A stretch of 64,000 bases of DNA from Nitrospinaceae bacterium (lineage in GTDB: Bacteria; Nitrospinota; Nitrospinia; Nitrospinales; Nitrospinaceae), in contig OZ250172.1 of the NCBI GenBank assembly GCA_965237905.1, positions 2,048,001-2,112,000 on the forward strand, read 5' to 3'. Positions 38,901 to 48,255 of the stretch are shown piece by piece. Every line of letters starts with the position of its first letter. The first letter of the stretch is position 1. A program made the translations under genes and the position numbers. Below the pieces are notes generated by a model. It did not search any database, had not been told where the DNA came from, and saw only the letters and a list, made by a program, of their open reading frames with translations.

Positions 38901-39230
38901 ATGGTCAAGGTGGAATGCTATTCAGGTTACAGAGTAAACGAACGGCCGGTGGCTTTTACCATTAACGAGTGTGATTATACGCGTTCGTTCAAGGTCCGGG
39001 AAGTCATCGACCGCTGGTTCGGCGAGACCGCGGACTACTTCAAGGTCATCGCCGACGATGAAAATATTTACCTCCTGAAATACGATGGCCGTCAAGATGC
39101 GTGGGACTTGATTTTTTATCAGGATCCGCGCCGCATCAAAGAAATACAACCTCTGGAACTGGAGGTCAAGCCGTCTTCCAAGTTTTTTCCCGGGGGAGGC
39201 GAGACCCGGCCGTCCTTTCCGATTCATTAA
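38901..39230 (+). CDS. Conserved hypothetical protein
   Basis: VECYSGY...ERP..F, EVIDRWFG...DYFKV.ADDE.IYLL small beta-domain pattern. Confidence 0.75.
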   Translation: MVKVECYSGYRVNERPVAFTINECDYTRSFKVREVIDRWFGETADYFKVIADDENIYLLKYDGRQDAWDLIFYQDPRRIKEIQPLELEVKPSSKFFPGGGETRPSFPIH

Positions 39231-39306
39231 ACAGGCAAACGCTCTGGAAATCATGAACCCGCTCCGCAAACCCCGGCTGACGGGTAACGCAAACCACTCG
39301 TAGATC

Positions 39307-39975
39307 ATGAACTTGCCCACCCACACCTCTCAAAAATTCGGCGGCCACCGTCAAAAGATGATCGAGGAGATCATCAACCGTGGCATCAAGGACCTGCGAG
39401 TGATCGAGGCGATGAACCGGGTACCGCGCCATCTGTTTGTGCGCGATTCGTTTCAGCATAAAGCCTATGGCGATCATCCGCTTCCCATCGGCGAAAGCCA
39501 GACCATCTCACAACCTTACGTGGTTGCCGCCATGTCCGGGGCATTGCAGTTGACCGGCGAAGAACGGGTGCTGGAGATCGGTACCGGCTCGGGTTACCAG
39601 ACCGCCATACTCTCCGAGTTGGCGGCGCAGGTGTTCACCATCGAGCGGGTGAAATCGCTCGGCCAGCAGGCGAAGCAATTGCTGGACAAGTTGGGGTATA
39701 CTCACATCAATTACAAAATATTCGACGGCACCTACGGCTGGCAGGAGCTGGGTCCGTACGACGCAGTGCTGGTCACCGCCGCCGGTCCCGAAGTGCCGCA
39801 GGCTCTGATCGAACAGGTGAAAGACGGCGGACGCATTGTCGCCCCCATCGGCGATGACCAGGGCCAGGAACTGAGGGTCTATACCAAGCGCGGCAAACGC
39901 CTCAGTATGAAGCGCATGGGCGACTGCTTTTTCGTCCCGTTGATCGGCAAATACGGCGTGCCGGAAGGGGAATAA
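39307..39975 (+). CDS. pcm: Protein-L-isoaspartate O-methyltransferase
   Basis: VPRHLF, LPIG..QTISQP, VLEIGTGSGYQTA, FVPL. Confidence 0.96.
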   Translation: MNLPTHTSQKFGGHRQKMIEEIINRGIKDLRVIEAMNRVPRHLFVRDSFQHKAYGDHPLPIGESQTISQPYVVAAMSGALQLTGEERVLEIGTGSGYQTAILSELAAQVFTIERVKSLGQQAKQLLDKLGYTHINYKIFDGTYGWQELGPYDAVLVTAAGPEVPQALIEQVKDGGRIVAPIGDDQGQELRVYTKRGKRLSMKRMGDCFFVPLIGKYGVPEGE

Positions 39976-40033
39976 ATCCGAGCGGCCAGGGTCATTGATA
40001 AGAGACAAGAAGTGAATCCAGGAGACGAAGACG

Positions 40034-40579
40034 GTGTTTTCCAGAATCAAAAAAGAAGGTGAGTTTGTATTCGGGCCGGGTATCCGGTCCACCTACGATT
40101 ATGATTACGCATGCCTGTCCGACACGATGAACGACGCCTACTGCTCCCAACTTCACCGCAAGCTGGAGGGTTGGCAGAAACAGCACGGCAAGTTCAACGT
40201 GATCGTGGGGATCGAAACCGAAGGCATCCGCATCGGTTATCGCCTGGCGCAGATGATGAACCTGCCATTTTACATCATGCCGCACAAACGCACCGAGCTT
40301 GAACAGTTGGGCGTCCCTTCCCTGCCTGCCGATACCCATTGGTTGATCGTCGACGACATCGTCACCACCGGCACCCATTTCATGAACGCCGTGGACCAGC
40401 TGGACATAGAAGACAAACCGGAGTCCATCACCTACGCCTGCATGATCAAGCGCAACCCCAACAATCTCGATTTCTCCGCCGTCGCGGGAAGCCGCGACAA
40501 GGAACAGCAATGGGTGCGCACCGAACGCTCCGACCTCATCGACAAACGCCTTGTCGCTCTCTACTCCGAACCGGAGTAA
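40034..40579 (+). CDS. Type I phosphoribosyltransferase, divergent PyrE-like
   Basis: PRPP-binding loop LIVDDIVTTG; VIVGIETEG; N-terminal GEFVFGPGIRSTYDYD. Confidence 0.75.
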   Translation: MFSRIKKEGEFVFGPGIRSTYDYDYACLSDTMNDAYCSQLHRKLEGWQKQHGKFNVIVGIETEGIRIGYRLAQMMNLPFYIMPHKRTELEQLGVPSLPADTHWLIVDDIVTTGTHFMNAVDQLDIEDKPESITYACMIKRNPNNLDFSAVAGSRDKEQQWVRTERSDLIDKRLVALYSEPE

Positions 40580-40739
40580 GCCTCTTTCTTTATAAACCCT
40601 TTAGAATCAAAGCTATTTTAGGGGGTTTCTTTTGCTCCCCGAACGGGGGTAATCTAATGGCAGACAGCAAAGGGATTGGCACCGTTTGCCATAGATTCCT
40701 ATATTATAATGTGAGCCCAACCAATTGGAGGACCGGGTT

Positions 40740-41396
40740 ATGCGATGGATGATCGTGATTCTAGCGTTGTTCCTGTCCGGGTGTATCGTGCATTCCCAAG
40801 GCAGGTATCAAAGGTATCAGGGGCCGCCGTCTCTACAGACCACCACCATGACGCAGGTGGATACCATGGTTGGCGCGCAACAACCGGCGGCCTACAAAGT
40901 GGGCTTTATGCAGGGTTGCGACAGCGGACGCCTTTCCGCAGGCGACAATTCCTTTCTCTTTAAAAAAGACACAAACCGCTTCGATACCGACGACGTGTAT
41001 CAGCAGGGATGGAACGACGGCTTCAACCGGTGCGTCTCTGGCGCTGGAGTAACAGCCAGCAATTATTATCAAGGCAGCTACGGTTACAATTATTATTACC
41101 CCAGTACCTTTAGTGCGGGGTTTTATTATCCCAGTTATTATTATGCCCCCGGTTTCTCCATCTGGTCGGGGTACTACTACCCCCGCAACCGGCACTACGC
41201 CTACAACCGTAATTATTACTACACCCCCTGGTACGGCGGGCACAAACACCGGGGCGGCGGATATAAAGGCTATCGCAGGGGACCTTATATCAGTAAACAC
41301 CGAGGCGGAGGCGGCTCCCATATTGGCAAACGCGGCGGCGGGGGCCATAAAAGCCGAGGCGGGGGCAGTAGAGGCGGTAGCAGCTGGATTCGTTGA
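40740..41396 (+). CDS. Lipoprotein with Tyr-rich and Gly/Arg/Lys/His-rich tail
   Basis: GGAGGA RBS; lipobox LSGC; Y..GF.QGCDSG...Y.QGWNDGF..C core. Confidence 0.8.
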   Translation: MRWMIVILALFLSGCIVHSQGRYQRYQGPPSLQTTTMTQVDTMVGAQQPAAYKVGFMQGCDSGRLSAGDNSFLFKKDTNRFDTDDVYQQGWNDGFNRCVSGAGVTASNYYQGSYGYNYYYPSTFSAGFYYPSYYYAPGFSIWSGYYYPRNRHYAYNRNYYYTPWYGGHKHRGGGYKGYRRGPYISKHRGGGGSHIGKRGGGGHKSRGGGSRGGSSWIR

Positions 41397-41411
41397 TTAA
41401 TTAATGATTTT

Positions 41412-41446
41412 AAAAAAGGCGTTCCCGTGTGGGAGCGCCTTTTTTT
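41412..41446. terminator. Bidirectional terminator
   Basis: A6-GGCGTTCCC-GTGT-GGGAGCGCC-T7 between convergent genes. Confidence 0.9.
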
Positions 41447-41489
41447 ATATTTATCAGGGGTTATTGCTGAGAGTGTTGCCGGATGAACA

Positions 41490-43031
41490 TTATTTTTTGA
41501 GAAGGTAAATCATGTTTCCGGAGCGCTTGTAGTGGCCCGCCCCCGCACCGGCGGGTTCGCCAACACCGAAGTATAAATCCACCCGTCCCAGTCCCTTGAT
41601 GGCTGACCCGGTATCCTGATCCACTACGAACCGCGACACCTTTTGCCATCCGGTGATTTCCAACTCGTCGTTCAATACCGGTTTTTCCACGGTGATGTAT
41701 GCCAGCCCGCCCGCCGGGTACCACGACTTGTCGGTGGCGATGGAACGCCCCGCTACCAGCTCGGCGCCGCCGGATCCGCGCGGTGCACTATCGGACATCT
41801 GGAAAAAGATGTAACGGTTGTTGCGGAACAGATACTTGTCGATGTTCTCCGGATGTTCGCGGAAGTATTGTTTCATCCCCTGCATCGATCCCTGGGCAGG
41901 TTCGATGACGCCGTCCTGGATCATCTGCCTGCCAACACTGTGGTACGGAAAGTGGTTGGAACCCATGTACTGGACCGCCTGCAGAGTGCCGTCCGGAAAC
42001 GCCAGATAACCCGATCCTTGGATGTGCAGAAAATAGCGTTCGAGATCATCCTTGAGCCAGGCCAGCTCCAACTGCTGATCGCTGAGCGCCTGATCGCCGT
42101 CGATGTCTTCCCGCGTCAATAGAGGCCGGTCGCGGACCCGGGTCAAATGATAGCCCGGGTTGAGGTGGGGCGTTTCCCGTTGGCTCAACGCCGCCTGTGT
42201 CTCGGGGTACCACTCCGGTTTCTGATACAGCGGAAAAACAAAGTCCTGCGTTTTTTCCCGCCGTGCCGGAATGATCGGTGTGTAGTAACCGGTAAATACC
42301 ACCGGCCGTCCTGCCCGGGGATAGCCCGCGGTGATCACTTCAAACTGTTCGTTGAGGCGGCGGTTGAACTCCTCTTCGGATATATCCTGTTCCAGCAAAT
42401 CCATGAAGGCGTGTAAACTATTGACCAGTTGCTGGCGGGTCACCTGGCGTGGGCCGATCCGGACGCGCTGGGTCAGATCGGTTTGTTCCATGACGCGCAA
42501 CTGTTTTTGGATCGCTTCCTTGAGGGAGGCCCGGCTCATGTCGTCTACCCACGGTAGGGCGGCTTCTTCAACAGATTCGTCCGGCTTTTCCAGTGTGGGA
42601 GGCGGAAGCGGTTGGGCGATTTCCTGGGAAGAATCATCCGGCTCTGGCGGTGCAGAAGGCCGGATCTGGTAAGGGGACGGGATGAGTTCTTCCGGGGTCC
42701 GCCTCCATTCAGGTGCCGTTTTCAATTCGTCCACCCATTGACGGTTTTTATCGACCGAATAATCGAAGGCATCAGGCAGATCAATAACCGGGTTTCTTTG
42801 AGAGGGTGGGCGATAGGAAGCATGGATGGTCTGGGAACGGGTTTCCTCATTGGCCACAGAAGGGTCCGCAAGTTTTGAAGGTGGAGTCGATGAAGTTCTC
42901 CCTTTGTTGTGGCTGGCCAGTCCCAGTGTGGAGCAGGCCCCCAGCAGAACACAGAGCCCTCCGCATAAAACCCATTGTCCCAGAGCGTAGAATTGTTTGC
43001 GTTGAAAGAATTTGATGGCGTGCATGATCAT
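41490..43031 (-). CDS. mltA: Membrane-bound lytic murein transglycosylase A
   Basis: Lipobox LGAC; FTGYYTP, LHIQGSG, RYIFF, QDTGSAIKG.GRVDLYFG. Confidence 0.93.
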   Translation of the reverse strand: MIMHAIKFFQRKQFYALGQWVLCGGLCVLLGACSTLGLASHNKGRTSSTPPSKLADPSVANEETRSQTIHASYRPPSQRNPVIDLPDAFDYSVDKNRQWVDELKTAPEWRRTPEELIPSPYQIRPSAPPEPDDSSQEIAQPLPPPTLEKPDESVEEAALPWVDDMSRASLKEAIQKQLRVMEQTDLTQRVRIGPRQVTRQQLVNSLHAFMDLLEQDISEEEFNRRLNEQFEVITAGYPRAGRPVVFTGYYTPIIPARREKTQDFVFPLYQKPEWYPETQAALSQRETPHLNPGYHLTRVRDRPLLTREDIDGDQALSDQQLELAWLKDDLERYFLHIQGSGYLAFPDGTLQAVQYMGSNHFPYHSVGRQMIQDGVIEPAQGSMQGMKQYFREHPENIDKYLFRNNRYIFFQMSDSAPRGSGGAELVAGRSIATDKSWYPAGGLAYITVEKPVLNDELEITGWQKVSRFVVDQDTGSAIKGLGRVDLYFGVGEPAGAGAGHYKRSGNMIYLLKK

Positions 43032-43465
43032 TAAAAAAGTTCGGCCAAGCCTTCGTTAGCGAGGGCGTCGGCGCGTTCATTTTCCGGATGCCCGTTATGT
43101 CCCCGCACCCAGATCCATTTAATTTTATGATGTTCGCTCAGTCGCAATAACTCCTGCCACTGGTCCTTGTTCTTGACCGGTTGTTTGGAGGCGGTGACCC
43201 AGTTTTTGCGAACCCAGCCGTTGATCCATTCCGTCATCCCTTTGACCAGGTATTGCGAGTCGGTGGTCAGTTCCACTTCACTGGGTTTGTCCAGCTGTTG
43301 CAGGGCGACGATGGCGGCGGTCATTTCCATGATGTTGTTGGTGGTTTCTCTCTCGCCGCCTTTAAGCTCACGGGTCTTCCCGTTCCGGACGATAATACAA
43401 CCGTACCCCCCGGGGCCAGGATTGCCTTTACAGGCACCATCGGTATAAATCTTAACTTTTTCCAT
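43031..43465 (-). CDS. rnhA: Ribonuclease HI
   Basis: [41 protein letters not shown]. Confidence 0.97.
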   Translation of the reverse strand: MEKVKIYTDGACKGNPGPGGYGCIIVRNGKTRELKGGERETTNNIMEMTAAIVALQQLDKPSEVELTTDSQYLVKGMTEWINGWVRKNWVTASKQPVKNKDQWQELLRLSEHHKIKWIWVRGHNGHPENERADALANEGLAELF

Positions 43466-44014
43466 AAGGGGCAAAGGTTGCTGAAAATAATGTAATTGAT
43501 TGATTTTAAAAACATAACGAAGAATTTAATATAACATACTCTCGGCTGGAAATTAAGATGAGTGAAAAATTTTCACTCTGAAAGGGGTCGTTGAATACCA
43601 TCGGAGGCCAGCACAATGTTATACTGCTTGAGGCATTTTTTAATGAAAGGAAGGTGCCGTTTTAACCATTTGAGAGGCGAGAAATCGATCGGTTGGGTAC
43701 CGGAAGGGCTTCCTATGGAAAGGTGAATATTTGCCCTTCCCGATGCATGGTCAGGTGCAGGAATGATGCTGTCAATGGGTTGCTCTAGAAGCCGAAAAAG
43801 GCAAAAAAATAAATTTTTCGGGTTCCCAGGACCATTAACGCTTTGTTTTCAAAAGTATTTTTTGGTATTTGCCGATGGGTAGAGTTGAGGCCTCAATTTT
43901 TCAGGTTTACAGTGAAAGCTGGCTCTGGAGAGAAATGGGGAGTACGTCCAGTATTTAGTTGGAACTGGCGGAAAAGTAAGTACAATCAACAATAATTAAT
44001 TGAATGGAAAAGGT

Positions 44015-44044
44015 TTGACAAGGCCCCAGAGAGTGTTTTATAGT
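44015..44044 (+). promoter_or_regulatory. Sigma70 promoter of the oxidoreductase operon
   Basis: TTGACA-N18-TATAGT about 60 nt before ATG 44104. Confidence 0.6.
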
Positions 44045-44103
44045 TGTGCCTCGCAAATGGAATCCAAAGAAAATTAAACCTTTAAAATAAAAGGATTAGA
44101 GGG

Positions 44104-44739
44104 ATGGAACAGTATCAAGTAGTGCCTGGGCCGGAGGCTTTTTTGCCGCCTTCCGCAGCCAGCATGGGAATTGTACTGCCGGATCCGGGTGAAGCCCATG
44201 TCGAGGGCCGGATTGTTGATGAAGAAGAAGCTTATGAGCATGCTGCGCGAAAACTTTTAGGCGCCAAAGTGCCGACCCTTTTTCCTGGACCGCTGGTCTT
44301 GTGGAAATGGAACGAAAAGGCCGCCAAAAAAGCCCAGGCTATTCGTGAATTGTCTGAAGCTCTTCCTGCCCGGTTAATCCCAATGGCGGATTATCGTCCC
44401 AAGTATCCGAAGATCGATGCGGAAGTAGAGATCAATCCGAACCATCCCAACCTGACCATCTGGCATAACAAGATTGACGTGTGTATTTTTGTCGGCGTGC
44501 ATTGCCATCAGGCGAACCTGGCCTTGAAAATCATACGGGGGGGAACCGATTGTTACACGATCGCCATGTGCGCCCAGGCCGGTCATGAGGATGCCTGTTT
44601 GTCGTTTCGCGATATCTCCCTGGAAAAAATTCACAAGTTCACGGCCACCGTGGAAAGATTGAAAAAGGAAGGTGTTGAAAGCCAGGCCGAACCGTTCAAA
44701 CAGTTCAAAATGACCCGCGCCGGTAGGATAGAAGGGTAA
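44104..44739 (+). CDS. forD: Five-subunit 2-oxoacid:ferredoxin oxidoreductase, delta subunit (CODH-beta-like)
   Basis: PGPEAFLPP, MADYRPKYPKI, EINPNHPNLTIWHNKID, GVHCH; first gene of the D-A-B-G-E cluster. The for versus por assignment rests on gene order. Confidence 0.8.
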   Translation: MEQYQVVPGPEAFLPPSAASMGIVLPDPGEAHVEGRIVDEEEAYEHAARKLLGAKVPTLFPGPLVLWKWNEKAAKKAQAIRELSEALPARLIPMADYRPKYPKIDAEVEINPNHPNLTIWHNKIDVCIFVGVHCHQANLALKIIRGGTDCYTIAMCAQAGHEDACLSFRDISLEKIHKFTATVERLKKEGVESQAEPFKQFKMTRAGRIEG

Positions 44740-44848
44740 AGCAGGCGCCCCGTACTCCATACGGGTTCATTATATTCGATCAAGTTTTTACTTTTTTTAT
44801 ATAAACCGAAGTTACTTAAAATTGACTCAAGTATGAGGGAGTACTTTT

Positions 44849-46099
44849 ATGAATAAAAAGGTGGAGCCTCAGGATAGAAGAATACTGCTTTCCGAGACTG
44901 TGGAGTTGGGTGAGAAAACCGAAAAAGGCCAGACCGTTACAGACCCGAATGTTCTGTTCAACGAAATGGAGCGAGAGGCGAGCTTTCTGACCGGTTCTGA
45001 GGTCATTCGTGCCGCCATCAAGCGGGCCAATTTGGATGTCTCCGTAGCCTATCCGATCACCCCGCAGAGTGAAGCGGCGGCGTTGATTGGTGAATTGTAT
45101 GCCGAAGGCTATGTTCGTGAATATTTCCGTGGCGAGAACGAATTTGCCGTTATGGGTGAATGTGCCGGTGCCGCTTTCGGTGGAGCACGGGTGTTCACCA
45201 CCACTGCCGGACCGGGAACCCTGCGCGCCATGGAGAACTTTCCCATGTGGGCCGGGTCTCGTTTACCGATTCAAGTCTGCGTAACCTGCCGGGGCATCAA
45301 CTCTCCCCTGAGTATTCAGCCGGACACCTTGGAAATGTACTATCTGCTGGAAACGGGGATGCTGGTTTGGCACGCGGAAACTGCACAGGATCTGTATGAC
45401 TGGATTCTCGGCGGATTCATGGTCTCCGAACAGCCGGACGTGCATCTGCCGCTGGCGTTGTGTTGTGACGGGTTCTTTGTGACCCACACCAAAGACACGG
45501 TTATGTTGCAATCCGACGAGTATTGTATACCGCGTTACGACCCGTACCGCTCGCCGGTACCGTGCATGGATATGGAATGTCCTCCCTTCCGCATGATGCG
45601 CGATCCTTTCATTATGAAATCCAATTACATCAGTTATGCGACGCATGCGTCCTGGCAGCAGGAAATCCATGCGGCGGTCGAACGGTCGCGCAAGCACACT
45701 TTACCGATCATGAACGGTTCCCTGATCGAAACGGAGAATCTGGACCGGGATATTCTGATTGTTGCTTCGGGTACAGCGGTCTCTCAGGGACGCGAAGCGA
45801 TTCGCCTTCTGGAAGAGGAAGAAGGCATTAAAGTGGGTCTGGTGAAAATCAAATCCATTCGTCCTTTCCCGACAGAGGAAGTACGGGAAGCGACTGCCAA
45901 TGCCAAGACGATCTTCATTCCGGAGTTCAACATCAAGGGTTGGTTAGCACGTGAAGTCAAATCGATCCTGCCGAACAATGAGCGCGTGATTGCCGGACCG
46001 CATGTTGCGGGTGGTATGACTTTGCCTTCGGAAGTAATCGTCGACGAAATCAAAAAAGTGCTGGGTGTTGGCGGAACGACAATGAAGGCCCGCGGTTAG
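44849..46099 (+). CDS. forA: 2-oxoacid:ferredoxin oxidoreductase alpha subunit
   Basis: AYPITPQSE, TTTAGPG, DGFFVTH, IRPFP. Confidence 0.85.
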   Translation: MNKKVEPQDRRILLSETVELGEKTEKGQTVTDPNVLFNEMEREASFLTGSEVIRAAIKRANLDVSVAYPITPQSEAAALIGELYAEGYVREYFRGENEFAVMGECAGAAFGGARVFTTTAGPGTLRAMENFPMWAGSRLPIQVCVTCRGINSPLSIQPDTLEMYYLLETGMLVWHAETAQDLYDWILGGFMVSEQPDVHLPLALCCDGFFVTHTKDTVMLQSDEYCIPRYDPYRSPVPCMDMECPPFRMMRDPFIMKSNYISYATHASWQQEIHAAVERSRKHTLPIMNGSLIETENLDRDILIVASGTAVSQGREAIRLLEEEEGIKVGLVKIKSIRPFPTEEVREATANAKTIFIPEFNIKGWLAREVKSILPNNERVIAGPHVAGGMTLPSEVIVDEIKKVLGVGGTTMKARG

Positions 46100-46176
46100 T
46101 TTGGTCGCAAGATCTCTTTTAGATGATTTTAATTAAGTATTTGAAAATATAAAAATCTTTCGAGAGGAAGTTATAT

Positions 46177-47079
46177 ATGAGCAAGGAAAAAATACAACTC
46201 AGCGAAAGTCTGGCGGACATCATGCCTTCGGAGTATCAGGAGATGGTGGCCACGGCAACTTTCGGTAATGAGGACCGGAGCTGGAAAGATATCGGAACCT
46301 CCAAGGAATTGATCGAACAGCATTCACTGTGCGCCGGCTGTCCGGAGTCGATTGCGTTCCGGTTTATCCTGGCCAGTATTCCTGCGCCGGAAGATTCCGT
46401 ATTTGTCGGATCCACCGGCTGTACCAGTCTCGTATTCCCGCATGTGGGCGTGCAGAATATTCACTCCCTGTTTGGAAACCAGAACGCTATTGCGTCCGGC
46501 CTTCAACGGGCTTTGAAACTCCGTTTCCCGGATGTTTACAAAGACGTGATCGTGCTGGCGGGTGACGGTGCTACCGTGGACATTGGTCTCGATATGACCA
46601 TGCAGTCTTGGTTCCGTCAGGAAAAATTCACCACCATTTGTTTTGACAACGAGCTGTATGCCAACACCGGCGGCCAGGAAAGCGGATTGATGCAGAAAGG
46701 GTTCGTTGCCAAAATGGCTCCCACCGGCAAAAAGTTCGAAAAAGTCCGTTTGCCGGAAATCGCTTTTGAATCAGGCTGTCACTATGTCGCCTGTTTGACG
46801 GTGAGCAAGCCCAACCGTGTGGAACAAGTCATCCGCAACGCTATTTATGTATCGCGGGAATTCGGTCCGACGTATGTTCAGCTGTACACGCCCTGTATTC
46901 TGGAAATCGGAAAACAGAGTATGGAAGGTCTGGACGAAATGAAGGATTCCGAAGCCATTGGTGGACGGTTTGTTATGAAGGAATTTATGACGGACGAAGT
47001 CCGGGAGTTCTTGAAGGAAAAAAATGCCGAGCAGAAAGCCCGGGAAAAAGCGGCTAAAGCGGCTGCCGTCACGGCCTAA
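46177..47079 (+). CDS. forB: 2-oxoacid:ferredoxin oxidoreductase beta subunit (TPP-binding)
   Basis: LCAGC, STGC, GDGA..DIG, DNELYANTGGQ, YTPC. Confidence 0.85.
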   Translation: MSKEKIQLSESLADIMPSEYQEMVATATFGNEDRSWKDIGTSKELIEQHSLCAGCPESIAFRFILASIPAPEDSVFVGSTGCTSLVFPHVGVQNIHSLFGNQNAIASGLQRALKLRFPDVYKDVIVLAGDGATVDIGLDMTMQSWFRQEKFTTICFDNELYANTGGQESGLMQKGFVAKMAPTGKKFEKVRLPEIAFESGCHYVACLTVSKPNRVEQVIRNAIYVSREFGPTYVQLYTPCILEIGKQSMEGLDEMKDSEAIGGRFVMKEFMTDEVREFLKEKNAEQKAREKAAKAAAVTA

Positions 47080-47100
47080 TCCATAGAGGAGATTGTTGAA

Positions 47101-47808
47101 ATGTCTGAACCAGTAATGAAACGGATGAATATCCGCATCTCCGGTCTGGGTGGCCAGGGGGCGGTTACGGCGGCTCACCTGTTGGCCATGGCGGCCAACA
47201 AGATGGGCAAATATTCCATTTCCAATCCATTTTTTGGAGCGGAAAAACGGATGGCTCCTGCTGAAAGTTATGCACGCATCGGCCCGGAAAAAATTTATGA
47301 CCGGGGCGAGCTCGTTTATCCTGAAGTGATCATGATTTTTCATCCGCAGGTCATCACCATGCAGAAGAGCTATACGGCTCCGTTCTATTCCGGTATTAAA
47401 CCGGGAGGGCTAATCATTATTAATACCGACCAGGATCTTCTGGGTGATGAGGACCACAAGCGTTTGGCGGATAAAAATGTGGTGGTTTATAATTTTGATG
47501 CGACCACCTTGGCGCTGGAAATCGGTAAGACTGAATTGTCCACCAATATGGCGATGATCGGTGCTTGCGCCGGCATGACCCATGTGGTTGACCTGCCCGC
47601 TCTGGAGGCCGCTGTACAGGACCGGTTTGGTAAGCGATATGTCGCATCCGGCGGTACCGCCACTCTCGATGAAGCGATTAAAAAGAAGTATGCGAAAAAA
47701 GAGCAGTTGCTTGAGGCAAATAACAATACGATTAAAAAAGCCTTTGAGATGAGCGAAGAGTGGGGCAAAACATCGTCCTATGCTCCCGCTGTCTATGAAA
47801 CAGCTTAA
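47101..47808 (+). CDS. forG: 2-oxoacid:ferredoxin oxidoreductase gamma subunit
   Basis: SGLGGQGAVTAAH, PFFGAEKR, TNMAMIGA. Confidence 0.85.
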   Translation: MSEPVMKRMNIRISGLGGQGAVTAAHLLAMAANKMGKYSISNPFFGAEKRMAPAESYARIGPEKIYDRGELVYPEVIMIFHPQVITMQKSYTAPFYSGIKPGGLIIINTDQDLLGDEDHKRLADKNVVVYNFDATTLALEIGKTELSTNMAMIGACAGMTHVVDLPALEAAVQDRFGKRYVASGGTATLDEAIKKKYAKKEQLLEANNNTIKKAFEMSEEWGKTSSYAPAVYETA

Positions 47809-47854
47809 AGGTCGACGGTAGACTTTAATTTAAAACAAGAAGGAGCTATTCAGA

Positions 47855-48136
47855 GTGTACAACGTAGCGTACGTCCATGACGATAAGTGTATTGCCGAAA
47901 AAGGTTGTCGGCTCTGTATTATGTACTGCCCCGAGGCGGATACCATTATGCTGAACACCGAAACCATGAAAGCGGAAGTAGTGATTCCCCGCTGTAAAGG
48001 GTGCGATCTCTGTAAGGTGGTCTGTAGTACTCACAATGCCATTTCCATGCATCCGGTTAACCAGGTCACGGGTGAGATCATTATGGGTGCCAAGGAAGGC
48101 GAAACTGCCGGACTGGGTCAGGCGTATTCAGGATAA
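47855..48136 (+). CDS. forE: Ferredoxin-like epsilon subunit (2x[4Fe-4S])
   Basis: CIAEKGCRLCIMYCP and CKGCDLCKVVC; AAGGAG RBS with GTG start. Confidence 0.8.
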   Translation: MYNVAYVHDDKCIAEKGCRLCIMYCPEADTIMLNTETMKAEVVIPRCKGCDLCKVVCSTHNAISMHPVNQVTGEIIMGAKEGETAGLGQAYSG

Positions 48137-48154
48137 GCTCCTTCATGAAATCTC

Positions 48155-48191
48155 TAACCCATGGCTTATACGCCATGGGTTATTTTTTTTT
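48155..48191 (+). terminator. Terminator of the oxidoreductase operon
   Basis: TAACCCATGGC-TTATAC-GCCATGGGTTA followed by a T tract. Confidence 0.9.
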
Positions 48192-48255
48192 CACCTGAAA
48201 CGGGTAAACCGGAAAAGTGTTATCCGAGTTTTCCAGGACTTATAGGATAGGGAGT

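Noticed and set aside
40677..40690. Sigma54 promoter TGGCAC-CGT-TTGC
   Set aside because: Spacing is 3 nt instead of the required 5.
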